A stretch of DNA of 63,821 nucleotides, the filler included, from Octopus bimaculoides (taxonomy: Eukaryota): NCBI RefSeq assembly GCF_001194135.2. It is 5 parts of 5 records of this genome, joined end to end, with 100 filler letters (N's around TTAATTAATTAA, not from the genome) between each part and the next. Parts side by side here need not be neighbours in the genome. Positions count along the whole stretch, not along the records: positions 46,637 to 54,436 come from NC_069001.1; positions 54,537 to 60,653 come from NC_068988.1; positions 60,754 to 63,821 come from NW_026405665.1; 2 more parts are not named here. The stretch is one strand, 5' to 3'. The number at the start of each line of letters is the position of its first letter. Position 1 is the stretch's first letter. Under the pieces are notes generated by a model. It was given only the letters and a program-made list of their open reading frames with translations. It had not been told where the DNA came from and searched no databases. A program made the position numbers and the translations under genes. Shown piece by piece: positions 52,263 through 63,662 of this stretch.

Positions 52263-52717
52263 TATTGACTGTGGCCATGCTGGAGCACCGCCCTTAGTCG
52301 ATATATATATATACATATATATAATAATATTAGGGACAAAATCCAAAATTACAGGTAAAAAACTCAATTAAAATCAATTTATAAAAAATTAAAATGAGCC
52401 TTATAGATAAAGAAAATTGGTTATTTTCCCTAAAACTATATATTATATATACATATATATATATATATACATGTATATCCTATCTCTGATCTCTCTCTCT
52501 CAATGACTGGCTGGCTGGGTAGCCATTTTGAGTGAAGTCTGTGAGACAGGATAAGCTTCATAAAAGCAGTTTCTGTCTCCCGTCAATGTGATAAGTTGCC
52601 ACGGCTTCCACAGGCCATGAACCCAACCCCAATCCACTCATCCGTTCACCACAGCATTTACATTTCATCTCAGAACTTCCGTGTCACCTCACAGCTTTGT
52701 TATTTTATTCTTTTCAG

Positions 52718-52812
52718 GATTTACCAAACTCGTGGTATTCTAAGGTTTGCATCAACTTCTTGGATCAGTTTCTTAATTTCATTAAAGAGACTATTAAAGA
52801 CAATGACCACAG
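52718..52812 (+). CDS. DXO: DXO exon (95 nt, phase 0-2)
   Basis: Acceptor attcttttcag and donor CCACAG|gtaagt. Encodes DLPNSWYSKVCINFLDQFLNFIKETIKDNDH(R). Confidence 0.88.
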
Positions 52813-53665
52813 GTAAGTACGTGCGATGTGATGGCTTATATCAGTGGTCAGGGAACTTTTTTTAAACAATTACCCCAAAATATATATGCCAGTGCCTCTG
52901 GACTGGCTCCTGTGCAGGTGGCACGTAAAATACACCATTTTGAGCATGGCTTTTGCCAGTACTGCTTGACTGGCCTTTGTGCCGGTGACACGTAAAAGCA
53001 CCCACTACACTCTCGGAGTGGTTGGTGTTAGAAAGGGCATCCAGCTGTAGAAACTCTGCCAAATCAGTTTAATCATTTTTAACCAGTCAGAAAGCAGGAT
53101 TTAGAAGCTGTCATTCTGTGAATGACTGCATATGTTGTCAACTGTAAACAAATGCAATATTGGCAGAATTCTGCTTTATGGACGTCATATAATTCCATAA
53201 CTATTTTAGCTTTTTTGAATTTTCTGAATATTTTTGAGAATTTGTATTCTACAATTAACAATTTATATAATTATACAAAACCAAGAACCAGTTGTGGGTA
53301 CTGGCATTTTTGGCCCCGTTCCGATGGTGCTTTTTATATGCCACCAGCACAAGAAATGAGATGCGATGTCACTCGTGCCAAGCTGTATCGGCCCCTTTGT
53401 CTTTCCCTTGGATAACATCAGTGGCGTGGAGAGGGGAGGCTGGTATGCATGGGCGACTGCTGGTCTTCCATCAAATAAACTTGCCCGGACTTGTGCCTCA
53501 GAGGGTAACTTTCTAGGTGCAATTCCATGGTCATTCATGACCGAAGGGGGTCTCCGATATATATATATATATATAAACACAGACATCTATATTTATTGAC
53601 TTGAATTCTTGATGTAGTGTCCATTGTTATTTATGTCCTTTTCTGTCTTGATATTTTCTTTGCAG

Positions 53666-53825
53666 AAGTGTTTACTTATTTAGTCGGGAACCGAAAAAAT
53701 ACAATAACATCAGATATCAATATCTGGGAAAAGATTCAGAATATAATTTTATTCCTGATTGGTTTGTTGAGGATTTTGCAAATAAAGGAAATGAAACAGC
53801 AAATCTATTGTTGAAACGCAAATGA
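53666..53825 (+). CDS. DXO: DXO terminal coding exon
   Basis: Acceptor ttttctttgcag. Encodes SVYLFSREPKKYNNIRYQYLGKDSEYNFIPDWFVEDFANKGNETANLLLKRK, stop TGA 53823-53825. FIPDWFVE matches the family C-terminal FLPxWY motif. Confidence 0.85.
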
Positions 53826-54536
53826 CCACTACAGACATAGGTTGGTAACAAAAAGTTCCTTGTATTTTAAATACGCACACAGACACACACTCAACCACAT
53901 TCACACACACCCTTACTAACTCTCACCAGATGTGTATGTATATATGTATAGAAATACATATGTATCATCATCATCATTATTTAACATCCATTTTCCATGC
54001 AGGCATGGGTTAGATGGTTTGACTGAGGTCATTAGAGCCAGCAGCTGCAACAGGCTTAAATCTGATCTGGCAATGTTTCGACACCTGGATGCCCTTTCTA
54101 ACGCCAACCACTCCGAAAGTTTAGTGGGTGCTTTTTACGTGCCACTGGCATAGGAGCCAGTGAGGAAGGCCTGGCATCGATCACATCCGGATAGGTAGCC
54201 AATATGGAAGGATTCTTTCTGTATTGGCTTACCTCTGATGAGCGTTCATCATCATCATCATCATCGTTTAACGTCCGCTTTCCATGCTAGCATGGGTTGG
54301 ACGATTTGACTGAGGACTGGTGAAACCGGATGGCAACACCAGGCTCCAGTCTGATTTGGCAGAGTTTCTACAGCTGGATGCCCTTCCTAACGCCAACCAC
54401 TCAGAGAGTGTAGTGGGTGCTTTTACGTGTCACCCGNNNNNNNNNNNNNNNNNNNNNNNNNNNNNNNNNNNNNNNNNNNNTTAATTAATTAANNNNNNNN
54501 NNNNNNNNNNNNNNNNNNNNNNNNNNNNNNNNNNNN

Positions 54537-54959
54537 GGCAGACGTCCTAACCAGGGTAAAGCGAGCTTGGTTGCAGGTGCCAGAGGATGCGGAGCAGGCT
54601 GTGGCTGCAGTATGCTGTCTGAGTGACTCGGAGTTGAGGAGACTGCATACCACGCATCACATGGGAGTGGACAGGACATTGTTCCTAGCCAGGAAAGTTG
54701 ACTCCGAGGTAATTCGGGAGCGAGGAGTGAGTGGGAGAGCCGGTTGAATGATCTATAGATCAGGGGGGCGTGTGGTGTTATGGACTGTAATGAGCTGTGT
54801 GTTGTGGTAGAGAGAGGTGAGGCAAACAGAAGTGAAGCCAGACCGGAAGTCGGCGACACGCGGTTGAAGGCTAGCACGTGGGGTCAGTCAGAAAACAGAG
54901 AGGTTACGAGAAAGACGTGTTCTGATCAGGAGCGATCGTGTACTCCGCTGCGGTCGACA
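54537..54959 (+). mobile_element. Gypsy-type LTR retrotransposon 3' portion: integrase Zn-binding-like fragment, PPT and ~189-bp LTR
   Basis: Reads ADVLTRVKRAWLQ...LHTTHHMGVDRTLFLARKV (H-x-G-x-x-R-T pattern). Purine tract AGGGGGGCG at 54762-54770 is followed by TGTGG... (54771) to ...GACA (54959). Confidence 0.7.
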
Positions 54960-55329
54960 AGGTAAGGTCCAACGTTTCATTCTGTCCTTTTGCTTCTTGT
55001 TGTCTTTTTTCCTCCATCACACCACAGATTTGAAGGTGTTACTTATCTGCTTCTCAAACGCAGTAGCCTCTTTCTTATTTCTTTACTGCCCACAAGGGGC
55101 TACGCACAGAGGGGACAAACAAGGACAGACAAACGGATTAAGCCGATTATATCGATCCCAGTGCGTAACTAGTACTTATTTAATCGACTCCGAAAGGATG
55201 AAAGGCAAAGTCGACCGCGGCGGAATTTGAACTCAGAACGTAGCGACAGACGAAATATCACTAAGCATTTCGCCCGGCGTGTTAATGTTTCTGCCAGCTC
55301 GCCGCTGTAGCCTCTTTCTACTACACTAG

Positions 55330-56574
55330 CTTCGCTCTTCTTCCAATTCTACCTTAATAACCGCGTTATCCAAGGACAGAGGTAAATTGTTAACGTTATT
55401 CCCCTGTTCAAAAATGGGTGATGCGCATCACCTGTTAATGACTGTTTAGTCAGTCTCACTAGGTGTGTCACCATAATAATGAGGGTCTTCTATTAAAGAC
55501 ACTCTGGAACTCCCAGAACATTATTAAACCTTCACAATTTGGATTTATCTCTAACTCTAGTCGTTGTGGCTCATAGATCTTGCATTATAAATTGGCGAGA
55601 CTTATGTTGAACTACCTCTGGAATGTGGTACCCCTAGACCTCCATCGATTAGTATTTATTTTATAAACCCTCAGAAGGATGAAAGGTAAAATAATGATTT
55701 TAATTAATTTATTACATTGGTGTATGTTCGCAAATTTTGATGTAAGGGTATCTATCTTGGCTTCACCAAACCTTTAAATTTTATCCCGCACAAACGACAT
55801 AGCAGAGCTATCTACAATGAGCGTGAAGTCTTTCTCGGTCGAAAAGCACTAGAGCAATATTCTGCACACTGCGCAAAGACAACTACTATCCTACATGAGT
55901 ATGTTCTTGATCTCCTGACGTTGCATTAAAATAAGCTGTACTTTGAGTTATAAAGAACAGATCCTATACGTTATAGAGCTTTACTGCAGTCTCACCTGGA
56001 CAAAATGCAACAACGGATTGCTGAGTGGTAACTCAAGCTGGCTGAAGATAAATGAACCAGAAAATATTTTGGGTGTAAAAACCAAATTCACTTACTTCCT
56101 CCACAATACCAACCTTAAGTTTGCTGGTAAATGTGACCTAGATATTGTTGTCAACAATGATCTACATTGGACGTTTCTAAAGTCGTCAAAAAGATCGAAG
56201 GTGTCTTAGCACCACCTTTGTGAGCTACTCACCGACTATCTATTTAAAGTTATATATGGCTACGGTACGTTCACATTTACCGTTGGCATCTCCAGTCCGA
56301 ATCTGCCATCTTGTCCAAAATATCGATCTACTAGAAGCTGTTCAGCGACGTGCAACAAAACTTAACCACCATATCTTGAACATCTTACTTGTCTGGACAT
56401 TGAATTTCTAAAGTTTTGACGTCTATCAGCTAACTTGGTATAACCCCTCAAGATTATCCACTATGTTTCCAATGTCATATTTTTTAATTCAATATCTCTA
56501 TCCCACGTGGAAATACTTGTATAGATATAAAAATAGTGCAGCATTCGTGACTTTCGGAATCATTTTTGCGTGCT
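55330..56574 (+). mobile_element. Decayed CR1/L2-clade LINE ORF2 (RT), continuing at 57532-57600 after the MITE
   Basis: Fragments VIPLFK.G, LQSHLDKMQQRIAEW, DLDIVVNNDLHW, LYMATVRSHL...DLLEAVQRRATKL and CVLRIVDTWSKLP, with many stops and frameshifts. Confidence 0.8.
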
Positions 56575-56582
56575 CAGAATTG

Positions 56583-57523
56583 GGATCTTTTCACTTTCAT
56601 CGGCAGATCGAGAAATTAATTGTTTGTAACTAAACACTTTCAAACTTCGGACACTGGTAGAATGTGTCATATAAAACATCTTTTACTCTTAGCGTTGTTG
56701 AGAAAAGTTTCTATTTACGAATTTATTTCGTGTTAAAGTTGTCGTATTTCAGTAATTTCAACCAATCAATGACGTGCATTCAGCTGAATAAAATTACTGC
56801 TGTTGTTTGTCAATAACAACTTCCGGCTGTGTATATTTCGTTTGTCACTGTTATTTATGATATATTTAATCTCAGTTACGTTCGTATGAATAAACGAGTG
56901 TATCTAAAGCACGTTTACTTCATCACACCACCATAATCGTTCGTGCATTTCTACTGCTTTTTAGGTTTTTTTTCCTGTTTTTCAGCTACTATTTTCGGAA
57001 AGACTACCTCCCGCCACCCTCCCCCATTTTCTCGCAAATTAGTTTTTTTTTTACCTTTTTTTTTTTTGCCAAAAACCCAGCTTTTCGGCGATGGAGATTC
57101 CGGAATATTGCCAAAAATCGGAATTTTGAAATTTTTTGGGCCCCTTACCCCTCCCCCTCCAATTTCTTCATTTTTAACTTTTTTCCGTAACCCTAAACCC
57201 AACCCTAACCCTAAAACCCTAAAGCTAAAACCAGCACAAACGATGTCATAAATAACAGTGACAAAGGAAATATACACCGCCGGAAGTTGTTATTGACAAA
57301 CAACAGCAGTAATTTTATTCAGCTGAATACACGTCATTAATTGGTTGAAATTACTGAAATACGACAACTTTAACACAAAATAACTTTGTAAGTAGAAAAT
57401 TTTCTCAACAACGCTAAGAGTAAATGATGTTTTATACGACACATTCTACCAGTGTCCGAAGTTTGAAAGTGTTTAGTTACAAAAAATTAATTTCTCGATC
57501 TGCTGATGAAAGTGAAAAGATCC
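56583..57523. mobile_element. Non-autonomous DNA transposon (Merlin-like MITE) with ~281-bp TIRs, 8-bp TSD and internal telomere-like repeats
   Basis: TIRs 56583-56863 and 57243-57523 begin GGATC. TSD CAGAATTG at 56575-56582 and 57524-57531; excision restores the CR1 frame. Degenerate (CCCTAA)n at 57188-57232. Confidence 0.85.
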
Positions 57524-57861
57524 CAGAATTGTTGATACATGGAGTAAATTACCCACGTCAGTTCTAATCTGTCAGTACACTGCAACCTTCGAAAATTCTA
57601 TGCTTCCTGAAATTTGCCACCATTACTCCTGACCTACCTATGCAACCTTTTCAATTCCTTTCATTTTGTTCCAATCGATTTCAAATTTGGTGTATTAATT
57701 TAGTTTTGTATGCTAATAGTGGGAATGATATTCAGTTTTGCTATAAATTGATAAATAGAAAGTTAATAGCTTTTAAACTTTGCAAATTTTGTGTAACTTT
57801 AGCCCAACAAAGGACACTGACATATTGATACCTGTTTCCATAGTAACAAGTTAAGTTATAG

Positions 57862-58080
57862 TCTGATTGCCACTGCACAGCTGTCGATTACAACATCTAT
57901 GTTCTTGAAATATGTACGGAGGACCTGCTCCGAAACCAAGTTCAGATTAGCAGTCCTGGGAGGATTGTTGAGACAGATGATATTGTCTTCTGAAGACATA
58001 AATACAACTGAGCAGATCAAAAATTGTAATTTATTTGATGAACTCCAAGAGTGCAAACTTTCATTCTTGAACAAAAGGCA
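57862..58080 (+). pseudogene. Merlin (IS1595/ISXO2-like DDE) transposase relic
   Basis: Reads TAVDYNIYVLEICTEDLLRNQVQISSPGRIVETDDIVF*RHKYN*, resembling the family pattern REVC..LLRNP.QIGGPG.IVEIDES.F.RRKYN; in-frame stops present. Confidence 0.7.
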
Positions 58081-59259
58081 TTTTTTTTTTTTTGTAATTT
58101 AATATTCAGTTTGTTTTTATCGTAATTTAGCGCTTAGTTGTGTTTTTATTTTTTATTTTTCGCAAAAACAAAAAGAAATGAAGTTGATTGAAGATTTTTT
58201 TCCTTTTTCTATTGTTTATATAGCTCACAAAAAAAAAATAATAGAAAAGAAAAAAAATCATTAAAACTTCTGTTGTTAAATGTTTTGCCGTAATGTTGTG
58301 ATCACGTACTAAATGCCAGCTTCCAAATCCTTTTTTGTGACTGGGTAAAAATAATCAAACCTTAAATCTGAGTAATATTTTCCTAAAATTTTTCCTAGAA
58401 CAAGTGAATAACAACATCAAATTCAGTGTGAAAAATTACATCAATATACTAAATTTGGAAGTTTTGACTTAATTTTAAAATTGTAAAAAGTGTGAGCCAA
58501 ACAAGAAAGCTCTGTTGGGGGTCACCACTGTAGAAAATATACATGGAAGAAACAAAGAACAATATAAAGTGTGTGTGTGTGTGCATGTATGTATATATAT
58601 GTGTTTTCTTTATTTCTTACCACCAAAAGTATACCACGACTGACTTAAGAGGTTCTCTTAATCAATGTGGTTAAACAGAACGTATTTACTTCCAAATATT
58701 TCAAAATACTAGGTTTGATTGAAATAGTATCACAGGAAAGAAGTAAATAATTTTCATTTACAACATTCAGAAAAACAAGGTTTGAGATAACAAGTGCTGC
58801 ATGTGTAGTGTTGAGCATATGAAGGTATTTGTAAAGTCAATTGTGTAATTAATGTTTGTGAAATGCAACATGAAGTGAAAGTACTGAGATAAAAGAAAGG
58901 TAATCAACATGTCAATAGTAAGCTGAGAGAATCAGAATATGTGGCAAATCGATGTCTTGTCTGAACTGAAACCTGTTTTATAATGATTAGTTTAAACAAG
59001 TAGAAAATGACTGACTTTACCGATTTATTACTCTGGCTGGGTTGCATCAAATAAAGAGCGAGAGAAGATGGCCTTGAGTTCTGTTTGTGTATATTTAATG
59101 CATAGCTAAAATAAAAAGTAATATCGATCTTGCTGACAATTCCATGCTCTGACTTAGTTCTATTAAAGAGGACGGGGAGAAACAGACTGACAGAGAGAAT
59201 GGGCAGTTTTGCATCCAGTTTATATAGTCAGTGCATGACTGAAAAGTGCTATCTTCTCA

Positions 59260-59700
59260 TTAGTCCAGTAGTGATCTGCTTTCGTTTGAGTTAAAATTTT
59301 CGTCATTGCTAAATTGATTACCATTCTAGATCCTGCTTCTGCGTCTGGAACTTCTCTCTTATTTCTTTGACTGGTCCAACTCTGAGAAATAGACAGTTTT
59401 CATTGACACCTATCATTGAACACCTCCATCATGCATTCTAAAGGTGTACAAAGGGGCGCTATAATATACAAAAGGGGGTTGAAAACTGAGACCCGATGGA
59501 TACCTACCTGCACAATAAATTCTCGATGCTAACGGCTTCCTTATATCTCTGTCGATCTCTTACAAGCCCCATTTGCTACACCCAGTTTTTCTTAGAAAGC
59601 ACCAGACTATGGAAATCATTTCAGCAATGGAGAGTGGTACTCTGCCCAAGGCCTTTTCAAGTCAATGGCTTGTTCTAAACTAAGAACTCCTCATTAAGAA
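59260..59700 (-). mobile_element. Decayed RTE LINE RT fragment
   Basis: Frameshifted remnants of DLEKAFDRVP, IWWxLRKLG, VGIHxxSVFNPLLYII and EKFQ..KQ.LE. Confidence 0.6.
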
Positions 59701-60608
59701 AGTGCAGACCATTGCTTCTCCAAATCACACACAGACCGCATCTCTTTTGTCTCTTCAATGGCCACCCACATGTGTGTATTGTAAGATGTATGTAGTATAC
59801 AGATTTCAAATTTCAGCACAAAGCCAGTAATTTCGATGGAGTGGGTAGTCGACTACATTGGCCTTGTTGATTGACTGGATCAATTTTCTGAAGGGAACAC
59901 ATTTGATTTAATTTACCATAGTATTTTACTGAAGCTAGAAAGATGAAAGGCTAAGGTGACCTAGGCAGAATTTTATGCTACAACATGATCAGACGTAACA
60001 GAAAAAATACTGCAAAGCATTTTCTCCAATGTTCTAATTCTGTCATTCTACTGCCTCTTTTGGACTAAGTAATTGCTTCTCCTACAGATTCAAGGACCAA
60101 TATTTTGGAGAGGGGGTTATTTGATACCATCATTTCTAGTACTTGATTGACATTTGATTTTACTAACCCTGGACAGATGAAAGATAAAATTGACCTAGAT
60201 AAGATTTGAACCCAGAATAAAAAGAGCCAGACAATATATTGCAAGATATTTTATCCAACACTGTAATGATTCTGGCATTCCACTACTGCTTTTGGATTAA
60301 ATAATATGAAAAACAAAAACAAAGATAAAATCAAACAAATAAATGATTTAGATAACAGAATATAAAATATTTAAGAATATTTATATAAATATAAAAAACG
60401 TTTTAACAATTTATTACAATCAATAATTTTTTTCATGAAATTTAAAAAAGGGATTTCAATTTTTTTCTTTTTGCCAATGGAAATAAATTTTCAAAATTAC
60501 TTTTCAAGAAACAAAGCACAAAAGAAACTTAACAACAAAATAAAAATAGAAATTTTAAAAAATGAAAAATAGAGGTGAGGTAGGAATCTATCTATCTGTC
60601 TGTCTGTC

Positions 60609-60644
<36 letters not shown>

Positions 60645-60763
60645 TATATATATNNNNNNNNNNNNNNNNNNNNNNNNNNNNNNNNNNNNNNNNNNNNTTA
60701 ATTAATTAANNNNNNNNNNNNNNNNNNNNNNNNNNNNNNNNNNNNNNNNNNNNGAGCGAGACG

Positions 60764-60905
60764 ATGGACGATACGAGTACAAGAAACAACAACAACAGCT
60801 ATAACAGTAACAGTAGCAGTAAGGACATCAGCAGCACCAACAACTACAATAACACAGTTGACAACAACAGCAACAACAACAACGGCGGCAGCAAAAGCAA
60901 TATCA

Positions 60906-60936
<31 letters not shown>

Positions 60937-61500
60937 CTTCTTCTTCTTCTAATATGCTTGCCTTTCTTTGATCCTCCTTTCCTCCTCCTTCTCATCCTCT
61001 TCTTCTTTCTCCAACCAGTGTTTCTCTTTCCTTTACTTCCTCTTGTTTTTCTCCTCTTTTATCCTCGACTGCTTCTTCTTCCTTGGCTGTCGTTGTTTTC
61101 TTTTTCCTCTTCTTCCTTTTACAATTTATTCTTTCTGCTGTTCTCCTTCTGTTCTTCTTTTTTTCTCCCCTTTTCCATTTCTTCTTCTTCTTCTTCTTCT
61201 TCTTCTTCTTCTTCTTCTTCTTCTTCTTCTTCTTCTTCTTCTTCTATTTCTGCTACTACTACTCCTTTTCTTATTATTGTTCGCCTCCTCCTCCTCCTCC
61301 TCCTTCTCTTTCAGCTCTTCCTCTTTCTTCTGTTTCTTCTTCTACTTCATCTTTTTCAATTTTTTTACTTTGTTATCTTCTTCCATTGTCTTTTCTTATT
61401 AATTTCTTTCTTTTTTCTCCCTCTCCTCTTCATATTCTCCTCCTCCTCCTCGCCTTCCTCCCCATCATCTCAATTATCTATATCTATTCTTTTCGCCATT
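60764..61500. repeat. Compound (AAC)/(CTT)/(CTC) trinucleotide and polypyrimidine tract
   Basis: Perfect (CTT)n at ~60907-60950 and ~61181-61243; source of the poly-Leu/Ser/Phe ORFs. Confidence 0.9.
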
Positions 61501-61565
61501 CTATTTCATATTTTTATCATAAATCTTTTCTATATGTTTATTATGAACTCAATTTTGTGTTACAG

Positions 61566-61637
61566 ATTTCTGCAAGATAATAATACCACGTCAATTCAAC
61601 GTGGTATCTTCGAAAATGTTCCGAATTTAGAAATATT
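61566..61637 (+). CDS. Leucine-rich-repeat exon (72 nt, phase 2-2) of an extracellular-type LRR protein
   Basis: Acceptor tttgtgttacag and donor ATT|gtgaac. Encodes FLQDNNTTSIQRGIFENVPNLEI(L), one 24-aa LRR. Confidence 0.75.
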
Positions 61638-62329
61638 GTGAACTGGGTCTCTTTTTCGTACTACTTAATTCACCATATAACTAAATTTTAATATCTTCCA
61701 CCCTTTTATTTTCTCTATCTCTCTGTGTTTCTCTCTTATACTCTTACATTCTTTCCATAGTTTTTCTTGGGTGTATTTGAGTGTGTGGTTGTATTTTGTA
61801 GGAGTGTAGGTGTACGAGCTTATTTTTTCACTTACTCCTCCTGCATATGTAATCATGTTCTTATTATCTTGTTAATCATAAGACATTTTCTTCTTTACTT
61901 CATGTTCTCTGTTTTCTAAACGTTCGTCAACCTAATATTCAAATACTCATTTTAACTACATTTCATCGGGTTTTTTTCGTTTTGTTCTACTTTTTAAATT
62001 TTATCTTTTATTCTTTATATATTTACGTGTATCGATGTACACATACCGGGTATATCAGCAAAATTGTCCAAATCGTAGACTCTACTTCGGAACTTTGTAT
62101 CTGAGGTATGTTTAAAAGTAACTCAGTGAAATTATCAGATGTTTTTCTAACATAAATGGATCCTATTTTGAGGAAGACAAAATGTTGACAACTCTCCAAG
62201 CTCACAAAAGGGTTCATGAATGAACTGATGATTGGCGAAAATGATATTTTCATGTTTTAACATAGCTCAGGATTGAGAGCACAGGAAGCTTTAGGTAAAG
62301 TTCGAATGTAAGCTGCAGGGAGAATTCCG

Positions 62330-62560
62330 GCCAAAATTCTGCTTGTTAGGCATCAACAGTTACTCTTCTTTTGGCGATGACTTCCTCAACGACTTTTCCT
62401 GTCTGCACCACAAGCTTTCTCATGGAAATTTTCATCAATGTCCCCTTCTTACGTCATGCGGAGGGAGTTTTTGAGATCTTGCAAGTAAGTGTGGGGCCTA
62501 TCACAAGCTTTTTATGACCAGTTCATTCCAGATGCTGACGTCTAAATATAAGAACGAACG
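62330..62560 (-). pseudogene. Tc1/mariner-superfamily transposase C-terminal relic
   Basis: Frameshifted LDVSIWNELV.KACDRPHTYLQDLKNSL...EKACG..RKVVEEVIAK resembles the LDYSIW..LE.KAC.KPH...L..SL C-terminal pattern. Confidence 0.55.
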
Positions 62561-62899
62561 CTAGTGACTTCTACAGATTTCAAAACTATCTACTTCAGTG
62601 CGTTACAGCTTATAACCAGGAGGATAAGTGAAATACCCAATTAACAATGGCCAAATGTTTTCAATTCCCAATTAGGAAATAAAAAAAATAAGCTAGCCTG
62701 ATGTATTTACGTAGAGAAGAAAAAACACATCAGTTATTTCGAGTTGAACTCAGCCACAGCCGTTATGGTTTTCTTCTGATGGAATATTGCTGATGGTATT
62801 AGTCAAGACTTCATCCATATTTAAAGAGTTCACTTTCTGTTTCAGTACCCAGTCACGTTGCTGTAATAGTTGTGTAGGATAACAGTTGACAATAAATAG

Positions 62900-63290
62900 C
62901 AATGCGTTGGTTTTAATTTTAGTGGGTTACCATGAATATTTCAAGAAAGCTCTCGTATAACCACTGCATATACTTTTCCAGAGCTTCCTTACATGTAGCA
63001 AATCCCAAAATGCTAACAGAATGTATACTGATAAAGGAGGAAGCAGAGATTCTAAATATCAAAGGTATGTATGTCTCAGACCGCACATATTAGGAAAGTT
63101 ATGAGACACGTTGTCAGAAAGTGGTTGATTATACTCCAAGAACAAAACTTGTTCACTAACATATAGCATGGATTCTGTCCAGGAAGGAGTTATCCTACAC
63201 AACTACTACAGCAACGTTACTAAGTACGGAAACAAAAAGTGAACTTTTCAAATATGGAAGATGTCTGGACTATACCATCATCAATATAAT
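62900..63290 (+). mobile_element. Decayed CR1-clade LINE RT fragment; an opposite-orientation copy of part of it lies at 62784-62883
   Basis: Reads KALV*PLHILFQSFL..KGGSR...HIRKVMRHVVRKWL...HGFCPGRS. Confidence 0.65.
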
Positions 63291-63590
63291 ATTTGTACAT
63301 TAGATGAGAATGTTATGTAAAGCCCATATTGTGCACACCAGAAATCTCTTTGTTGATTTGGTTATTCTTATAACTTGTCATCTTCCATTTTTGGATGCTC
63401 GGGTATCACAGAATACTTTCTCTTCCGTTAGGGTATCTAAGTTAGATTAATAAAAAACTACTCCTGTCCAACTTATAGACAGAAAATATCATAGTGAACA
63501 AGAGCTTTTATTTAGTTAGTTTAGACAGTATATGAAAACAGATTTATTGACTTGCACTTGTTATAACTTATATTTGTTTCTTTCTTCCAG

Positions 63591-63662
63591 ATATTTGCAG
63601 TCCAACCGAATACAAAACTATGAGGATGGTGCGTTCTTATTCCTTCCCAGTATAAATAACAT
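63591..63662 (+). CDS. Leucine-rich-repeat exon (72 nt, phase 2-2), next exon of the same LRR gene
   Basis: Acceptor tttctttcttccag and donor ACAT|gtatgt. Encodes YLQSNRIQNYEDGAFLFLPSINN and splices in frame to 61566-61637. Confidence 0.8.

Noticed and set aside
57188-57232. Telomeric repeats suggesting a chromosome end or fusion point
   Set aside because: Short, degenerate and internal to a TIR/TSD-bounded transposon.
57856-58102. Overlapping 72-aa (-) and 67-aa (+) ORFs that look like exons
   Set aside because: Better explained as shadow frames of the stop-containing Merlin transposase frame.
58398-58475. LRR-like peptide QVNNNIKFSVKNYINILNLEVLT
   Set aside because: Wrong phase for the LRR gene, no donor site, ends in a stop.
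60958-61565. 227-aa Leu/Phe/Ser-rich ORF suggesting a membrane protein
   Set aside because: Translation of (CTT)/(CTC) repeats; only the last 24 codons (the LRR exon) are credible.
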